Positions 11,191-20,429 of a stretch of DNA of 64,000 bases are shown here, piece by piece. The DNA is from Polyangiales bacterium (GTDB taxonomy: Bacteria > Myxococcota_A > Polyangia > Polyangiales > JADJQN01), in NCBI GenBank assembly GCA_964202905.1, contig CAXNJO010000001.1:160001-224000 (forward strand). Direction: 5' to 3'. The position numbers and the translations under genes were made by a program. The notes below the pieces were generated by a model, which searched no databases, was not told the DNA's origin, and saw only the letters and a program-made list of their open reading frames with translations. Every line of letters begins with the position of its first letter. Position 1 is the first letter of the stretch.

Positions 11191-12670
11191 CGAGGCGCGC
11201 GTTCACGAGGCCCGACTCGGTCGTCACCTCGCGCACGACGTACGGCGCGAGCCACGCGGGGACCTCGACGACCTCTTCCGCCGAGGAGAGCTCGATCTCG
11301 GCGAGGAAGAGCGTGCGGTCGAGGAAGACGTCGATCTCCCACGTGTGCGCGCCGTCCGGCACCATGTGGCGGCGCTTCCTCACGCGCTTGCCGCGCGTGA
11401 GCGGCCAGAGCTTGCGGAAGAGCTCGAGCGGCGTCTCCTCCTCGATCTCGACGCGCACGAGGCCCGCGCCCGCCTTCACGGTGCGGAAGCACTTCACGGT
11501 CCCGTCCGCGGCGACGACGCGGCGCACCCGCTCGATCAGCTTCTGACCGGGCAGATAACCCTGATCGATCACCTTCGCGGGCGCGGCCTCGGCCTCGGGC
11601 GGGAGGCCGGTCAGCAGGTACTTGCGCTCGATCTCCTGCCCTGCCGACGCGTGGGCGTCGAGCGCGCGCGCGACGTCGCCCGCCGCGCCGACGAGCGCCC
11701 CGCCGCGCGGCCCGAGCCAGCGCTGCTCGGCGCCGTGGAAGAGGGCCGCGATGCGGGTCCGCACGCGCGTCGCGAGCGCGAGGAGCCCGTGCCGCTCGTC
11801 GTCGCGGAGCGCGCGGCGGGTGCGCGCGCCGTCGGGGTCCCCGTCGAGCGCGAGGTCGTGGAGGCGGCGCGCCCGCTCGGCCGCGGCCCGCGCGGCGGCG
11901 TCGCCGATCTCGCGGGCGAGGACCTGCAGGTCGTGCAGCTCGCCGAGCACGTCCTGGAGCTCTTTCAGCTCGCGCAGCAGCTCGCGCGTGCCAGGCAGCC
12001 GATCGCGCAGCGGGTCGAGCAGATAGCGAAGTCGTTTCGCGGAGATACGCGCCTCGTGCGCGGGCTCTTCGTCGGTGGCCGCGCCGACGAGCGCGAGCCT
12101 GGCGCCGAGGTCCTCGGCGTGCGCGCGCACGAGGCCCGCGAGCGCGACCGCCAGCGTGCGCACCGAGCGCCGCTCGCCGAGGCGCATCGGCACCGCGTAC
12201 ACCTCGAGCCCCGCGCGGAGCCGCGCCTCGAGGTGCTCGAAGCGCGGCGCGACATCCCCGCGCACGGCCGCGTAGCCCTCGTCGCGACGACGTTCGAGCG
12301 CCCCGACGAGCCACGCGACCCCGGTGCGCTCGCGCGCGTTCACCGACGCGGACTGCCCCTCGACCCACGCGAGCAGCACCTCCGCGTCGCGCCCGCCGCC
12401 CGTCGCCGCCGCGAGCGCGCGCAGCTCGCGGGTGAGCGACTTCTTCAGCGCGCCCCGCAGCCACGGGCGGTAGGCGCGGAGCGCGCTGCGCAGCCGACGC
12501 AGCGCGACGCGGAAGTCGTGGAGCGCCTCCGGGTCGTCGCCGCTCGCGAGGCGCGGCGCCGCGGCGCGGGCCTCGTCGAGGAACGCGAGCGCGAACAACC
12601 GCGCGGCCTCCTCGACCGGACGCGCGAGGATGTCGTCGGGGATCATCATCGGCCCCTCCGACGTGCACAC
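11183..12670 (-). CDS. CHAD domain + C-terminal CYTH domain protein (polyphosphate/triphosphatase related)
   Basis: LHDFRVALRRLRS, HEARISAKRLRY, LQDVLGELHD (CHAD); EIERKYL, VRKRRH, WEIDVF, LAEIEL (CYTH). Confidence 0.9.
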   Translation of the reverse strand: MCTSEGPMMIPDDILARPVEEAARLFALAFLDEARAAAPRLASGDDPEALHDFRVALRRLRSALRAYRPWLRGALKKSLTRELRALAAATGGGRDAEVLLAWVEGQSASVNARERTGVAWLVGALERRRDEGYAAVRGDVAPRFEHLEARLRAGLEVYAVPMRLGERRSVRTLAVALAGLVRAHAEDLGARLALVGAATDEEPAHEARISAKRLRYLLDPLRDRLPGTRELLRELKELQDVLGELHDLQVLAREIGDAAARAAAERARRLHDLALDGDPDGARTRRALRDDERHGLLALATRVRTRIAALFHGAEQRWLGPRGGALVGAAGDVARALDAHASAGQEIERKYLLTGLPPEAEAAPAKVIDQGYLPGQKLIERVRRVVAADGTVKCFRTVKAGAGLVRVEIEEETPLELFRKLWPLTRGKRVRKRRHMVPDGAHTWEIDVFLDRTLFLAEIELSSAEEVVEVPAWLAPYVVREVTTESGLVNARLAK

Positions 12671-12769
12671 GCCCCACCGCGATCCGCTCCCGTGCCCGGC
12701 ACGCCCCTCATGCCGGCACCGTACACCCGCGCGCCCCTCCTGGAAGTGACAACCCTGCGCGCCGCACGG

Positions 12770-13309
12770 TCACCGCAGGTGGTGGTTCGTGACGTCGGCC
12801 CAGGCCTCCTGCGGATCCGTCGAGAGCTCGAGGGCCGCGACCTGGTAGTTGAAGACGACGCGCTCGACGGAGCTCGTGTACGCCTGCGCGTCGCGGCGGC
12901 CTCCCGGCCGCAGGAACACGGCCTGCGTGCCGGGCATCGGGAGCGGCCGTACGAGGTGCAGCGTGCGCGCGTAGCGCTTGTGACCGCCGAGCAGGCGCGC
13001 GCCGACGGCCGCGTGCTTGGGCTCGGGCTGGTTCGTCGCGCGATCGCGCACCTCGACGCAGACGAAGCTCGCATCACAAAGATAAAGCGTGTTGCGCGTC
13101 CAGATCTCGACGACGTGCGGCTGGCGCTCGACCTGCTCGACGAGCGAGCGGCCGGGCGCGCTGCGCACGCGCGTGACCTGCACCTCGAGCGGCGGCTTGC
13201 GCTCGGGCTTCTCGGGACGCTCGGAGCGCGCGGGGGCCTCGAGCCGAACGGTCGTCCGGTCGTCGTCGCCGGGGGAGGAGTGGCCACGCTGCGTGTCGCG
13301 GGTCGGCAT
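12770..13309 (-). CDS. Hypothetical protein
   Basis: Globular-looking region (WTRNTLY...CVEVRDR...YTSSVERV) with GC3-biased codons; start ATG 13309. Confidence 0.65.
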   Translation of the reverse strand: MPTRDTQRGHSSPGDDDRTTVRLEAPARSERPEKPERKPPLEVQVTRVRSAPGRSLVEQVERQPHVVEIWTRNTLYLCDASFVCVEVRDRATNQPEPKHAAVGARLLGGHKRYARTLHLVRPLPMPGTQAVFLRPGGRRDAQAYTSSVERVVFNYQVAALELSTDPQEAWADVTNHHLR

Positions 13310-13382
13310 CCGCGCGACTGTAGCCCGAACGCGGCGCGCACGGAGCGGGCGTGCCCGACGCTGCGTGTTAGAACCCGGCCCC

Positions 13383-14930
13383 ATGGCGCGTGTACCGATG
13401 GACGAAGCGGTCGTCGCAGACTGCCGGCGGCTCGCAGCGGAGATCGCGGACGAGGTGCAGCAGTTCATCGACCGTCACACGACGGTCGGCGTCGAGCGCA
13501 CCGTCGCGCGCGCGCTCGGCATCGAGGGCGCGGACGCCGAGGGCGCCCCGCTCGTGAACCTGCTGGTCGAGCGCGTGCACGCCGCCGGGCTGCTCGGGCG
13601 CGGCATCGCGTTCTTCCTCGGACGCGAGGTGCTGCGCGGCGCCCCCTCGCTGCAAGAGGCGGCCGAGCGCCTCGCGTGGGGCGGGCAGCCCATCGACCCT
13701 GCGGGCAGCGAAGACCTCGCCGCGATCCGCGCGGTGCTCGAGGCGCCGACGCGCGACGCCCTCGCCCGCATCGACGCCGCGCGCGACGACCGCGACGCAC
13801 GCCGCGCGCGCCTCGGCATGGCGGAGACGCCGCACAAGTACGTGATCGTCGCGACGGGCAACATCTACGACGACGCGGTGCAGGCGCGCAGCGCGGCGCA
13901 CGGCGGCGCGGACGTCGTCGCCGTCATCCGCGCGACGGCGCAGTCGCTCCTCGACTACGTGCCGCACGGCCCGACGACCGAGGGCTACGGCGGCACCTAC
14001 GCGACGCAGGAGAACTTCCGCATCGTGCGCGAGTCGCTCGACGCCGCGGGCGAAGAGCTCTCGCGCTACGTCATGCAGACGAACTACTCGTCCGGGCTCT
14101 GCATGAGCGAGATCGCGTGGATGGCCGCCGTCGAGCGGCTCGACATGCTGCTCAACGACTCGATGTACGGGATCCTCTTCCGCGACATCAACATGCAGCG
14201 GACGTTCGTGGATCAGTACTTCTCACGGAGGCTGATCGCGCGCGCGCGCATCATCGTGAACACCGGCGAGGACAACTACCTCACCACCGCCGACGCGGTC
14301 GAGGCCGCGCACACGGTGCTCTCCTCGCAGTTCATCAACGAGGCCTTCGCGCACCGCGCGGGCGTCGCCGACGAGCAGCTCGGGCTCGGTCACGCCTACG
14401 AGATCAACCCGTGGATCGAGGACTCGTTCCTGCTCGAGCTCGCGCAGGCGCAGCTCGTGCGGCAGCTCTTCCCGAAGCACCCGATCAAGTGGATGCCGCC
14501 GACCAAGCACAAGACGGGCGACATCTTCCACAGCCACGTCCACGACGCGCTCTACAACCTCGTCGGCGTCACGACGAACCAGTCGATCGAGCTGCTCGGC
14601 ATGTTCAGCGAGGCCATCCACAACCCGCTGCTGATGGACCGCTATCTCTCGCTGAAGAGCGCCCTCTACATCTTCGGCGCCGCCAAGCACCTCGGCGACG
14701 AGATCGAGTTCAAGAAGGACGGCATCATCGAGTCGCGCGCGCGCGAGGTCCTCGCGAACGCGCACCAGCTGCTCGTCGAGGTCGAGCGCGAGACGATCTG
14801 GGACGCGATCGGCCGCGGCGCGTTCGCCGACGTGAAGCGCACGCGCACGGGCGGCAAGGGGCTCGCGGGCGTCGTCGCGCGCGACGCCGACTACATCAAC
14901 CCGCTGCTCGAGGCGCTCGAGGCGGGCTGA
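13383..14930 (+). CDS. kamD: D-lysine/beta-lysine 5,6-aminomutase alpha subunit
   Basis: HTTVGVERTV, YVIVATGNIYDD, QSLLDYVPHG.T.EGYGGTYATQENFR, NTGEDNYLTTADA, MPPTKH. Confidence 0.95.
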   Translation: MARVPMDEAVVADCRRLAAEIADEVQQFIDRHTTVGVERTVARALGIEGADAEGAPLVNLLVERVHAAGLLGRGIAFFLGREVLRGAPSLQEAAERLAWGGQPIDPAGSEDLAAIRAVLEAPTRDALARIDAARDDRDARRARLGMAETPHKYVIVATGNIYDDAVQARSAAHGGADVVAVIRATAQSLLDYVPHGPTTEGYGGTYATQENFRIVRESLDAAGEELSRYVMQTNYSSGLCMSEIAWMAAVERLDMLLNDSMYGILFRDINMQRTFVDQYFSRRLIARARIIVNTGEDNYLTTADAVEAAHTVLSSQFINEAFAHRAGVADEQLGLGHAYEINPWIEDSFLLELAQAQLVRQLFPKHPIKWMPPTKHKTGDIFHSHVHDALYNLVGVTTNQSIELLGMFSEAIHNPLLMDRYLSLKSALYIFGAAKHLGDEIEFKKDGIIESRAREVLANAHQLLVEVERETIWDAIGRGAFADVKRTRTGGKGLAGVVARDADYINPLLEALEAG

Positions 14931-14948
14931 CGCGGCCGGCGCGGTCCG

Positions 14949-15224
14949 TCACTCGCTCTGGATGCGGCGTTGCTCGTCGCCGGCGCCGTCGTAGCAGCGA
15001 ACGGAGCTGCTGCGCTGGCACTCGCCGCTGTAGCCGGAGATCGCGCAGTCCGAGCCCGTGACGTCTTCGCACACGCTCGTCGCGCGGCGGCGCGCGGCGT
15101 TGTCGTCGCCATCGACGCACACCTTGATGTCCTTGCCACGGAACCCGAAGCACTTGGCTTCGGCGACCGATGCTCCACCGACGACCGCGAGGATGGCTGC
15201 TGCGCTGAGGATGAGCTGCTTCAT
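14949..15224 (-). CDS. Small secreted protein with 6 Cys
   Basis: RBS AGGAGG, MKQLILSAAAILAVVGGASVAEA signal peptide, 91 aa. Confidence 0.8.
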   Translation of the reverse strand: MKQLILSAAAILAVVGGASVAEAKCFGFRGKDIKVCVDGDDNAARRRATSVCEDVTGSDCAISGYSGECQRSSSVRCYDGAGDEQRRIQSE

Positions 15225-15430
15225 GAAAGACCTCCTGAGGAAGTCAGGGATACGAGACGCACGCGCTGCGCTCAAGTGACGATCGTCGTACCTCGCCGCC
15301 CGCGCGTCGCGACGCGCAGCGCGGGTTGAGCCGCATCGCGGGCGCGCAACGGACGTGGACGGCGCGGCGTGAGACGCGCGCCAAGGCGACGGAATGACCA
15401 GGGCGGCCACATCCGGCCGGGCTGTGCCCG

Positions 15431-15483
15431 ACCGGGGGCCGCCCCGGTTCGTCGTGCGTGCCCCCCGGGGTTGACCCGGGGGG
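15431..15483 (-). terminator. Two GC-rich hairpins after the Cys-rich surface protein gene (possible terminator/stabiliser)
   Basis: accgggg-gccg-ccccggt and ccccccggg-gttga-cccgggggg; no clear U-tract. Confidence 0.45.
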
Positions 15484-15491
15484 TGTGCCGC

Positions 15492-18400
15492 TCAGCGCCG
15501 CCGCGTCATCCGGCGCGCGCCGAGCGCGAACCCGAGGACCGCGACGAACAGCCAGGCCGCCGTGTGGGTGCCGCGCCCCGGCGACGCGGCGCAGAGCGCG
15601 CCGCCGCTGAAGCCACCGAGGCGGACGGGGGGCTGCAGGTAGTCCGGCACGCCGTTGCCATCCGCGTCGGTGGGCTCGTCGGCGGTCGGGATCCCGTCGC
15701 CGTCGTCGTCCGTGTCGAGGTAGTTCGGCGCACCGTCGCCGTCCGTGTCGTCGTCCGTCGGGTCGCCGTCGGCGTCGATGTCCTCGTCACCACTCGGGAT
15801 TCCGTCGCCGTCGTCGTCGGGGTCGAGGTAGTTCGGGGTGCCGTCGCCGTCCGTGTCGTCGTTCGCGAGGTCGTCGTCGCCGTCGAGGTCTTCGTCGGCG
15901 CTCGGCACGCCGTCGCCGTCGTCGTCGGCGTCGCGCCAGTCGACGCGTCCGTCGCCGTCGGTGTCAGGCTGCGCGGGCGTCGCGCCGCCGTCGTCGGTGT
16001 CGAAGGCGTCGTCGAGGCCGTCGCCGTCCGTGTCCATCCCGGCGGGCCGCACGTCGGGCACGCCATCGTGGTTCGCGTCCGTCGCCTCGGTCGCGTCGGG
16101 GGCGCCGTCCGCGTCGGAGTCGAGGTCACGCCAGTCCGGGGTGCCGTCGCCGTCGGTGTCCGGTCCGGGCAGGGCGGTCCCGCCCACGCTGGTGTCGACG
16201 GTGTCGGAGAGGCCATCCCCGTCCGTGTCCACGACCGCGTCGAGCAGGCCGTCGCCGTCCGCGTCGGAGCCCCCCGCCTCACGCACGTCGGCGAGGCCGT
16301 CACCGTCCGCGTCGAGGTCGAGGAAGTCCGGCCCGGGGGCGCCGTCCGTGTCGGGGAGCGGCAGCGGCAGCGCCATCACGACGTCCGCGAGGCCGTTGCC
16401 GTCGAGGTCGGTGTCGTCGTCGACGAGGCCGTCGCCGTTCGCGTCGACGCCGCCGCCCTCGCGGAGGTCCGTGAGGCCGTCGCCGTCCGCGTCGAGGTCG
16501 AGGTGGTTCGCAAGCCCGTCGCCGTCGAAGTCGACGGTGCGCGGGAGCGCGTCGCAGGCGCCGTCTTCGTCGGCGTCGGTGCAGGTCTGCACGTCGGCGT
16601 CCTCGAAGTCGGCGATGCCGTCGGCGTCCGTGTCGACGCTGAGATCCGAGCCGAGCTCGGCTGCGTCGGGGATGCCGTCGTTGTCGTCGTCGAGGTCGAC
16701 GTCGTCGGGCGTGCCGTCGCCGTCGTGGTCCGGCGCGGTGCAGGTGTTGCCCATGCCGCAGACCTCACGGCCGGGGCAGGCATCGTCGGTGATGCATTCG
16801 ACACAGGCGCCACTGCTGACCGCGCAGACTGGAGTCGGCGCGCCGCAGTCGGCGTCGGTCGCGCAGCCCGGCGCGCACGTGCCGAGCGCGACATTGCAGA
16901 CGCTTCCGGCCTCGCAGTCGGCGGTGCTGAGGCACGCGACGCAGGTGAGCGCCTCGGAGCGCACCGTGCAGATCGGCGTCGCCATCGCGCAGCCGAAGTC
17001 GGTGCCGGGCACCATCGTCGTGTCCGCACAGGGCACGCAGACCGGCGCGGGACCGGAGGTCGCGCACACGGGCGTCGCGCCGCCACAGCCGTCGTCGGTC
17101 GCCGCGCCCGTGTCGAAGCACGCCACGCACACCGGGCTCGCGCCCGACGTGTCGCAGAGCGCCGTCGCGCCGCCGCAGCCCGTGTCCGTCGCGGAACCCG
17201 CCGCGTCGTCCACGCAGACGATGCACGCCGGCGCGCTCGCCGCGCCGTCGCAGACGCCGCCCGCGCAGAGGGTGCCGGCCGCCGCGGACGTCGCGCCGCA
17301 GACGCCCGCGGTGCAGGCGTCGACGGTGCACGCGTTGCCGTCGTTGCAGTCGGCGTCCGACGCGCACGCCACGCACGCCGGGCTCGCGCCCGAGGTGTCG
17401 CAGAGCGCCGTCGCACCGCCGCAACCCGTGTCCGTCGCGGAACCCGCCGCGTCGTCGAGGCAGGTCACGCACGCCGCGCCGCTCGCCGCGCCGTCGCACA
17501 CGCCGCCCGTGCAGGATGTGCCCGCCGCCACCGGCGTCGTGCCGCACGCGCCGGCCGTACAGCGGTCCGTGGTGCAGGCGTTGCCGTCATCGCAGTCGGC
17601 GTCGGTCGCGCACGCCGTGCACACCGGGCTCGCGCCCGACGTGTCGCACAGCACCGTTGCACCGCCGCAACCCGAGTCCGTCGATGCGCCGAGCGCGTCG
17701 TCCACGCACGCGACGCACACCGGGCTCGCGCCCGAGGCGTCGCAGAGCGCCGTCGCCCCGCCACAGCCCGCGTCCGTCCCGCTGCCCGTCGCGTCGTCCA
17801 CGCAAAGGACGCACGCCGGAGCGCTCGCCGCGCCGTCGCAGAAGCCGCCCGTGCAGACGGTGCCGGCCGCGAGCGACGTCGCACCACAGGCGCCCGCAGT
17901 GCAGACGTCCGTGGTGCAGGCGTTGCCGTCGTCACAGTCGCCCGCGCCCTCGCACTCGACGCAGACCGCGCTCGCGCCGGTGTCGTCGCAGAAGCGCGCG
18001 CTCGGGCCGCAGCCGGTGTCCGTCACGCCCGCGCCGGCGTCGTCAACGCAGGCCGAGCACTCGGGGTTCGAGACCGCACCGTCGCAGACGCCGCCCGTGC
18101 ACGACGTGCCCGCGGCGAGCGAGGTCGCGCGGCACATCCCGCTCACGCAGGCGTCCGTGGTGCAGGCGTTGCCGTCGTTGCAGTCGGCGTCGGCATTGCA
18201 GCTCACGCACATCGGGACGGTGCCCGACGTGTCGCAGAGCGCAGCCGCGCCGGTGCAGCCCGAGTCCGTCGCGCCGCCGAGCGCGTCGTCCACGCACGGC
18301 ACGCACACCGGGACCGCGCCCGAGGCGTCACACAGACGCGCCGAGCCGCCGCAGCCCGTGTCCGTGCCGCTCCCGGACGCGTCGTCCACGCAGGCCGCGC

Positions 18401-20429
18401 AGACCGGGCCCGCGCCCGACGTCACGCAGATCGGCGTGCTCCCGCCGCAGCCCGTGTCCGTCGACGGACCGGCCGCGGAGTCGAGGCAGACGCGGCACAG
18501 CGGGGCGGACGCCGCGCCGTCACACACGCCGCCCGCGCAGGACGTGCCCGCGGCGAGCGAAGTCGCGCCGCAGACGCCCGCCGTGCAGGTGTCCGTCGTG
18601 CAGGCGTTGCCGTCGTTGCAGTCCGTGGCGCTCACGCACGCGACGCACACAGGGCTTGCGCCCGAGGTGTTGCAGAAGCGCGCCCCACCGCCGCAGCCCG
18701 TGTCGGTGAGGCCCGCGCCCGCGTCATCGAGGCAGGTGCGACAAAGCGGGCTCGAGGCCGCGCCGTCGCACACGCCGCCCGTGCAGGCGCTGCCCGCAGC
18801 GAGCGAGGTCGCGCCGCAGACGCCCGCGGTGCAGACGTCCGTGGTGCAGGCGTTGCCATCGTTGCAGTCCGACGCGCCGAAGCACTGCACGCAGGCGGGC
18901 GTCGCGCCGCTCGTGTTGCAGAAGGGCGCGCTCGCGCCGCAGCCGCTGTCGAGCCCGAGCATCGCGTCGTCCGCGCACGCGACGCAGACGGGCGCGGCGC
19001 CCGAGGTGTTGCAGAGCGGCGTCCCGCCGCCGCAGCCGCTGTCGGTGAGGGCGCCGGCGCGGTCGTTCACGCAGGTCTGACAGACGGGCGCCGAGGGCGC
19101 GCCGTCGCAGACGCCGCCCGTGCAGGTCGTGCCCGCAGCGAGCGAGGTGCGCTCGCAGACGCCGCTCACGCAGGCGTCGCTGGTGCAGGCGTTGCCGTCA
19201 TCGCAGTCCGACGCGCCGAAGCACGCGACACACACGGGCGCGGTGCCCGACGTGTCACAGAGCGGCGTCCCGGCGCTGCAGCCGGAGTCCGTGCCGAGAC
19301 CCGACACGTTGTCGATGCAGGTCACGCACGCGGGCGCGGTGCTGCTCCCGTTGCAGAAGCCGCCGGTGCAGACCGTGCCGGTCTCCGCGCTCTGCCGCCG
19401 GCAGACGTTGGTCGCAGCCGTCGTGGTCGTCGCAGGAACGGGGTCGCACGTGTCGGTCGTGCACGCGTTGCTGTCATTGCAGTCGGCGTTCGCGATGCAG
19501 GGCGCACAGGCGGTGCCGAGGGTCGCGCCCGAGGGCACGAGGCAGTACGGCGCCGCGGCGCTGCAGCCCGTGTCGACGCCCGAGCCGGACGCGCTGTCGA
19601 GGCAGCCGAGGAAGATCGGCGCGACCGGCGGCGCACAGACTCCCGTGCCCGTGAGGCAGACGCCGGAGGCGCAGTCCGACCCGACGTCGCAGCCGGGCGG
19701 CGCGCCGTCGAAGCAGATCCAGTCGGATTGGATACCCGTGGGGTTGCTCGAGCTGCCGCCGTACGCGACGGCACCGCCGAGGGCGCCGTACTCGATGATC
19801 AGCGGCAGCGGGACCGCGACGGTGATGTACCAGTCCGGGTCGCCCTGCATGCACGGATCGGTGGGCGCGGTCGCCACCAGATCGGCCCGCGCGTAGGTGG
19901 GCGAGCCATCCGTGCGCACGGGCGTGAGATCCGTCGCCGCGAGGCTTCCCGACTGGTTCTGGAGTTGAACCTCGTCGTTGATGCCGTTGCCGACGAGCGT
20001 GACGTAAAGCTCGAAGGCGCCGTCGCCGTTGCCGTCGAGACCGAAGCCCCAGCCGAAGGAGCCGAAGGCGTTGCCGCTGCGGGGGTCGGCGTTGACGCGG
20101 ATGCGGAAGTAGAAGTGGTTCGCGTCGCTCGCGACCTTGTAGGCCGCGTCGACCGACGAGTTCACGATGTCGCGGTAGTCGTCGGTGCCGGCCGTCTGAT
20201 CCGTGCACGCGTCCGACGAGGGCGCGAGCGTCGGGTCGACGCACTCGACGTTGCGGAACGCCGAGTCCGCCGGCCACGACGTGGGCGGCGCACAGAGATC
20301 CGGCCGCGCGATGGAGCAGGTCTGCGCCTCAGCCCCGGAAGCTGCGCCGAAGAGCGCAGCCGCGATCGCGAGCGTGCCGAGCGCCATGCGCCCGGCGAAC
20401 GCGCGTCCATCAACGATCGGTCGAATCAT
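15492..20429 (-). CDS. Large Cys-rich cell-surface protein with TSP3-like Ca-binding repeats and MYXO-CTERM (TraA-like architecture)
   Basis: Signal peptide, ~200-aa globular head, ~900 aa of Cys repeats (8x C(N/D)D(G/S)NACTxDxC), DxDxDG repeats, tail GGFSGGALCAASPG...WLFVAVLGFALGARRMTRRR. Alternative start at 20387. Confidence 0.85.
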   Translation of the reverse strand: MIRPIVDGRAFAGRMALGTLAIAAALFGAASGAEAQTCSIARPDLCAPPTSWPADSAFRNVECVDPTLAPSSDACTDQTAGTDDYRDIVNSSVDAAYKVASDANHFYFRIRVNADPRSGNAFGSFGWGFGLDGNGDGAFELYVTLVGNGINDEVQLQNQSGSLAATDLTPVRTDGSPTYARADLVATAPTDPCMQGDPDWYITVAVPLPLIIEYGALGGAVAYGGSSSNPTGIQSDWICFDGAPPGCDVGSDCASGVCLTGTGVCAPPVAPIFLGCLDSASGSGVDTGCSAAAPYCLVPSGATLGTACAPCIANADCNDSNACTTDTCDPVPATTTTAATNVCRRQSAETGTVCTGGFCNGSSTAPACVTCIDNVSGLGTDSGCSAGTPLCDTSGTAPVCVACFGASDCDDGNACTSDACVSGVCERTSLAAGTTCTGGVCDGAPSAPVCQTCVNDRAGALTDSGCGGGTPLCNTSGAAPVCVACADDAMLGLDSGCGASAPFCNTSGATPACVQCFGASDCNDGNACTTDVCTAGVCGATSLAAGSACTGGVCDGAASSPLCRTCLDDAGAGLTDTGCGGGARFCNTSGASPVCVACVSATDCNDGNACTTDTCTAGVCGATSLAAGTSCAGGVCDGAASAPLCRVCLDSAAGPSTDTGCGGSTPICVTSGAGPVCAACVDDASGSGTDTGCGGSARLCDASGAVPVCVPCVDDALGGATDSGCTGAAALCDTSGTVPMCVSCNADADCNDGNACTTDACVSGMCRATSLAAGTSCTGGVCDGAVSNPECSACVDDAGAGVTDTGCGPSARFCDDTGASAVCVECEGAGDCDDGNACTTDVCTAGACGATSLAAGTVCTGGFCDGAASAPACVLCVDDATGSGTDAGCGGATALCDASGASPVCVACVDDALGASTDSGCGGATVLCDTSGASPVCTACATDADCDDGNACTTDRCTAGACGTTPVAAGTSCTGGVCDGAASGAACVTCLDDAAGSATDTGCGGATALCDTSGASPACVACASDADCNDGNACTVDACTAGVCGATSAAAGTLCAGGVCDGAASAPACIVCVDDAAGSATDTGCGGATALCDTSGASPVCVACFDTGAATDDGCGGATPVCATSGPAPVCVPCADTTMVPGTDFGCAMATPICTVRSEALTCVACLSTADCEAGSVCNVALGTCAPGCATDADCGAPTPVCAVSSGACVECITDDACPGREVCGMGNTCTAPDHDGDGTPDDVDLDDDNDGIPDAAELGSDLSVDTDADGIADFEDADVQTCTDADEDGACDALPRTVDFDGDGLANHLDLDADGDGLTDLREGGGVDANGDGLVDDDTDLDGNGLADVVMALPLPLPDTDGAPGPDFLDLDADGDGLADVREAGGSDADGDGLLDAVVDTDGDGLSDTVDTSVGGTALPGPDTDGDGTPDWRDLDSDADGAPDATEATDANHDGVPDVRPAGMDTDGDGLDDAFDTDDGGATPAQPDTDGDGRVDWRDADDDGDGVPSADEDLDGDDDLANDDTDGDGTPNYLDPDDDGDGIPSGDEDIDADGDPTDDDTDGDGAPNYLDTDDDGDGIPTADEPTDADGNGVPDYLQPPVRLGGFSGGALCAASPGRGTHTAAWLFVAVLGFALGARRMTRRR

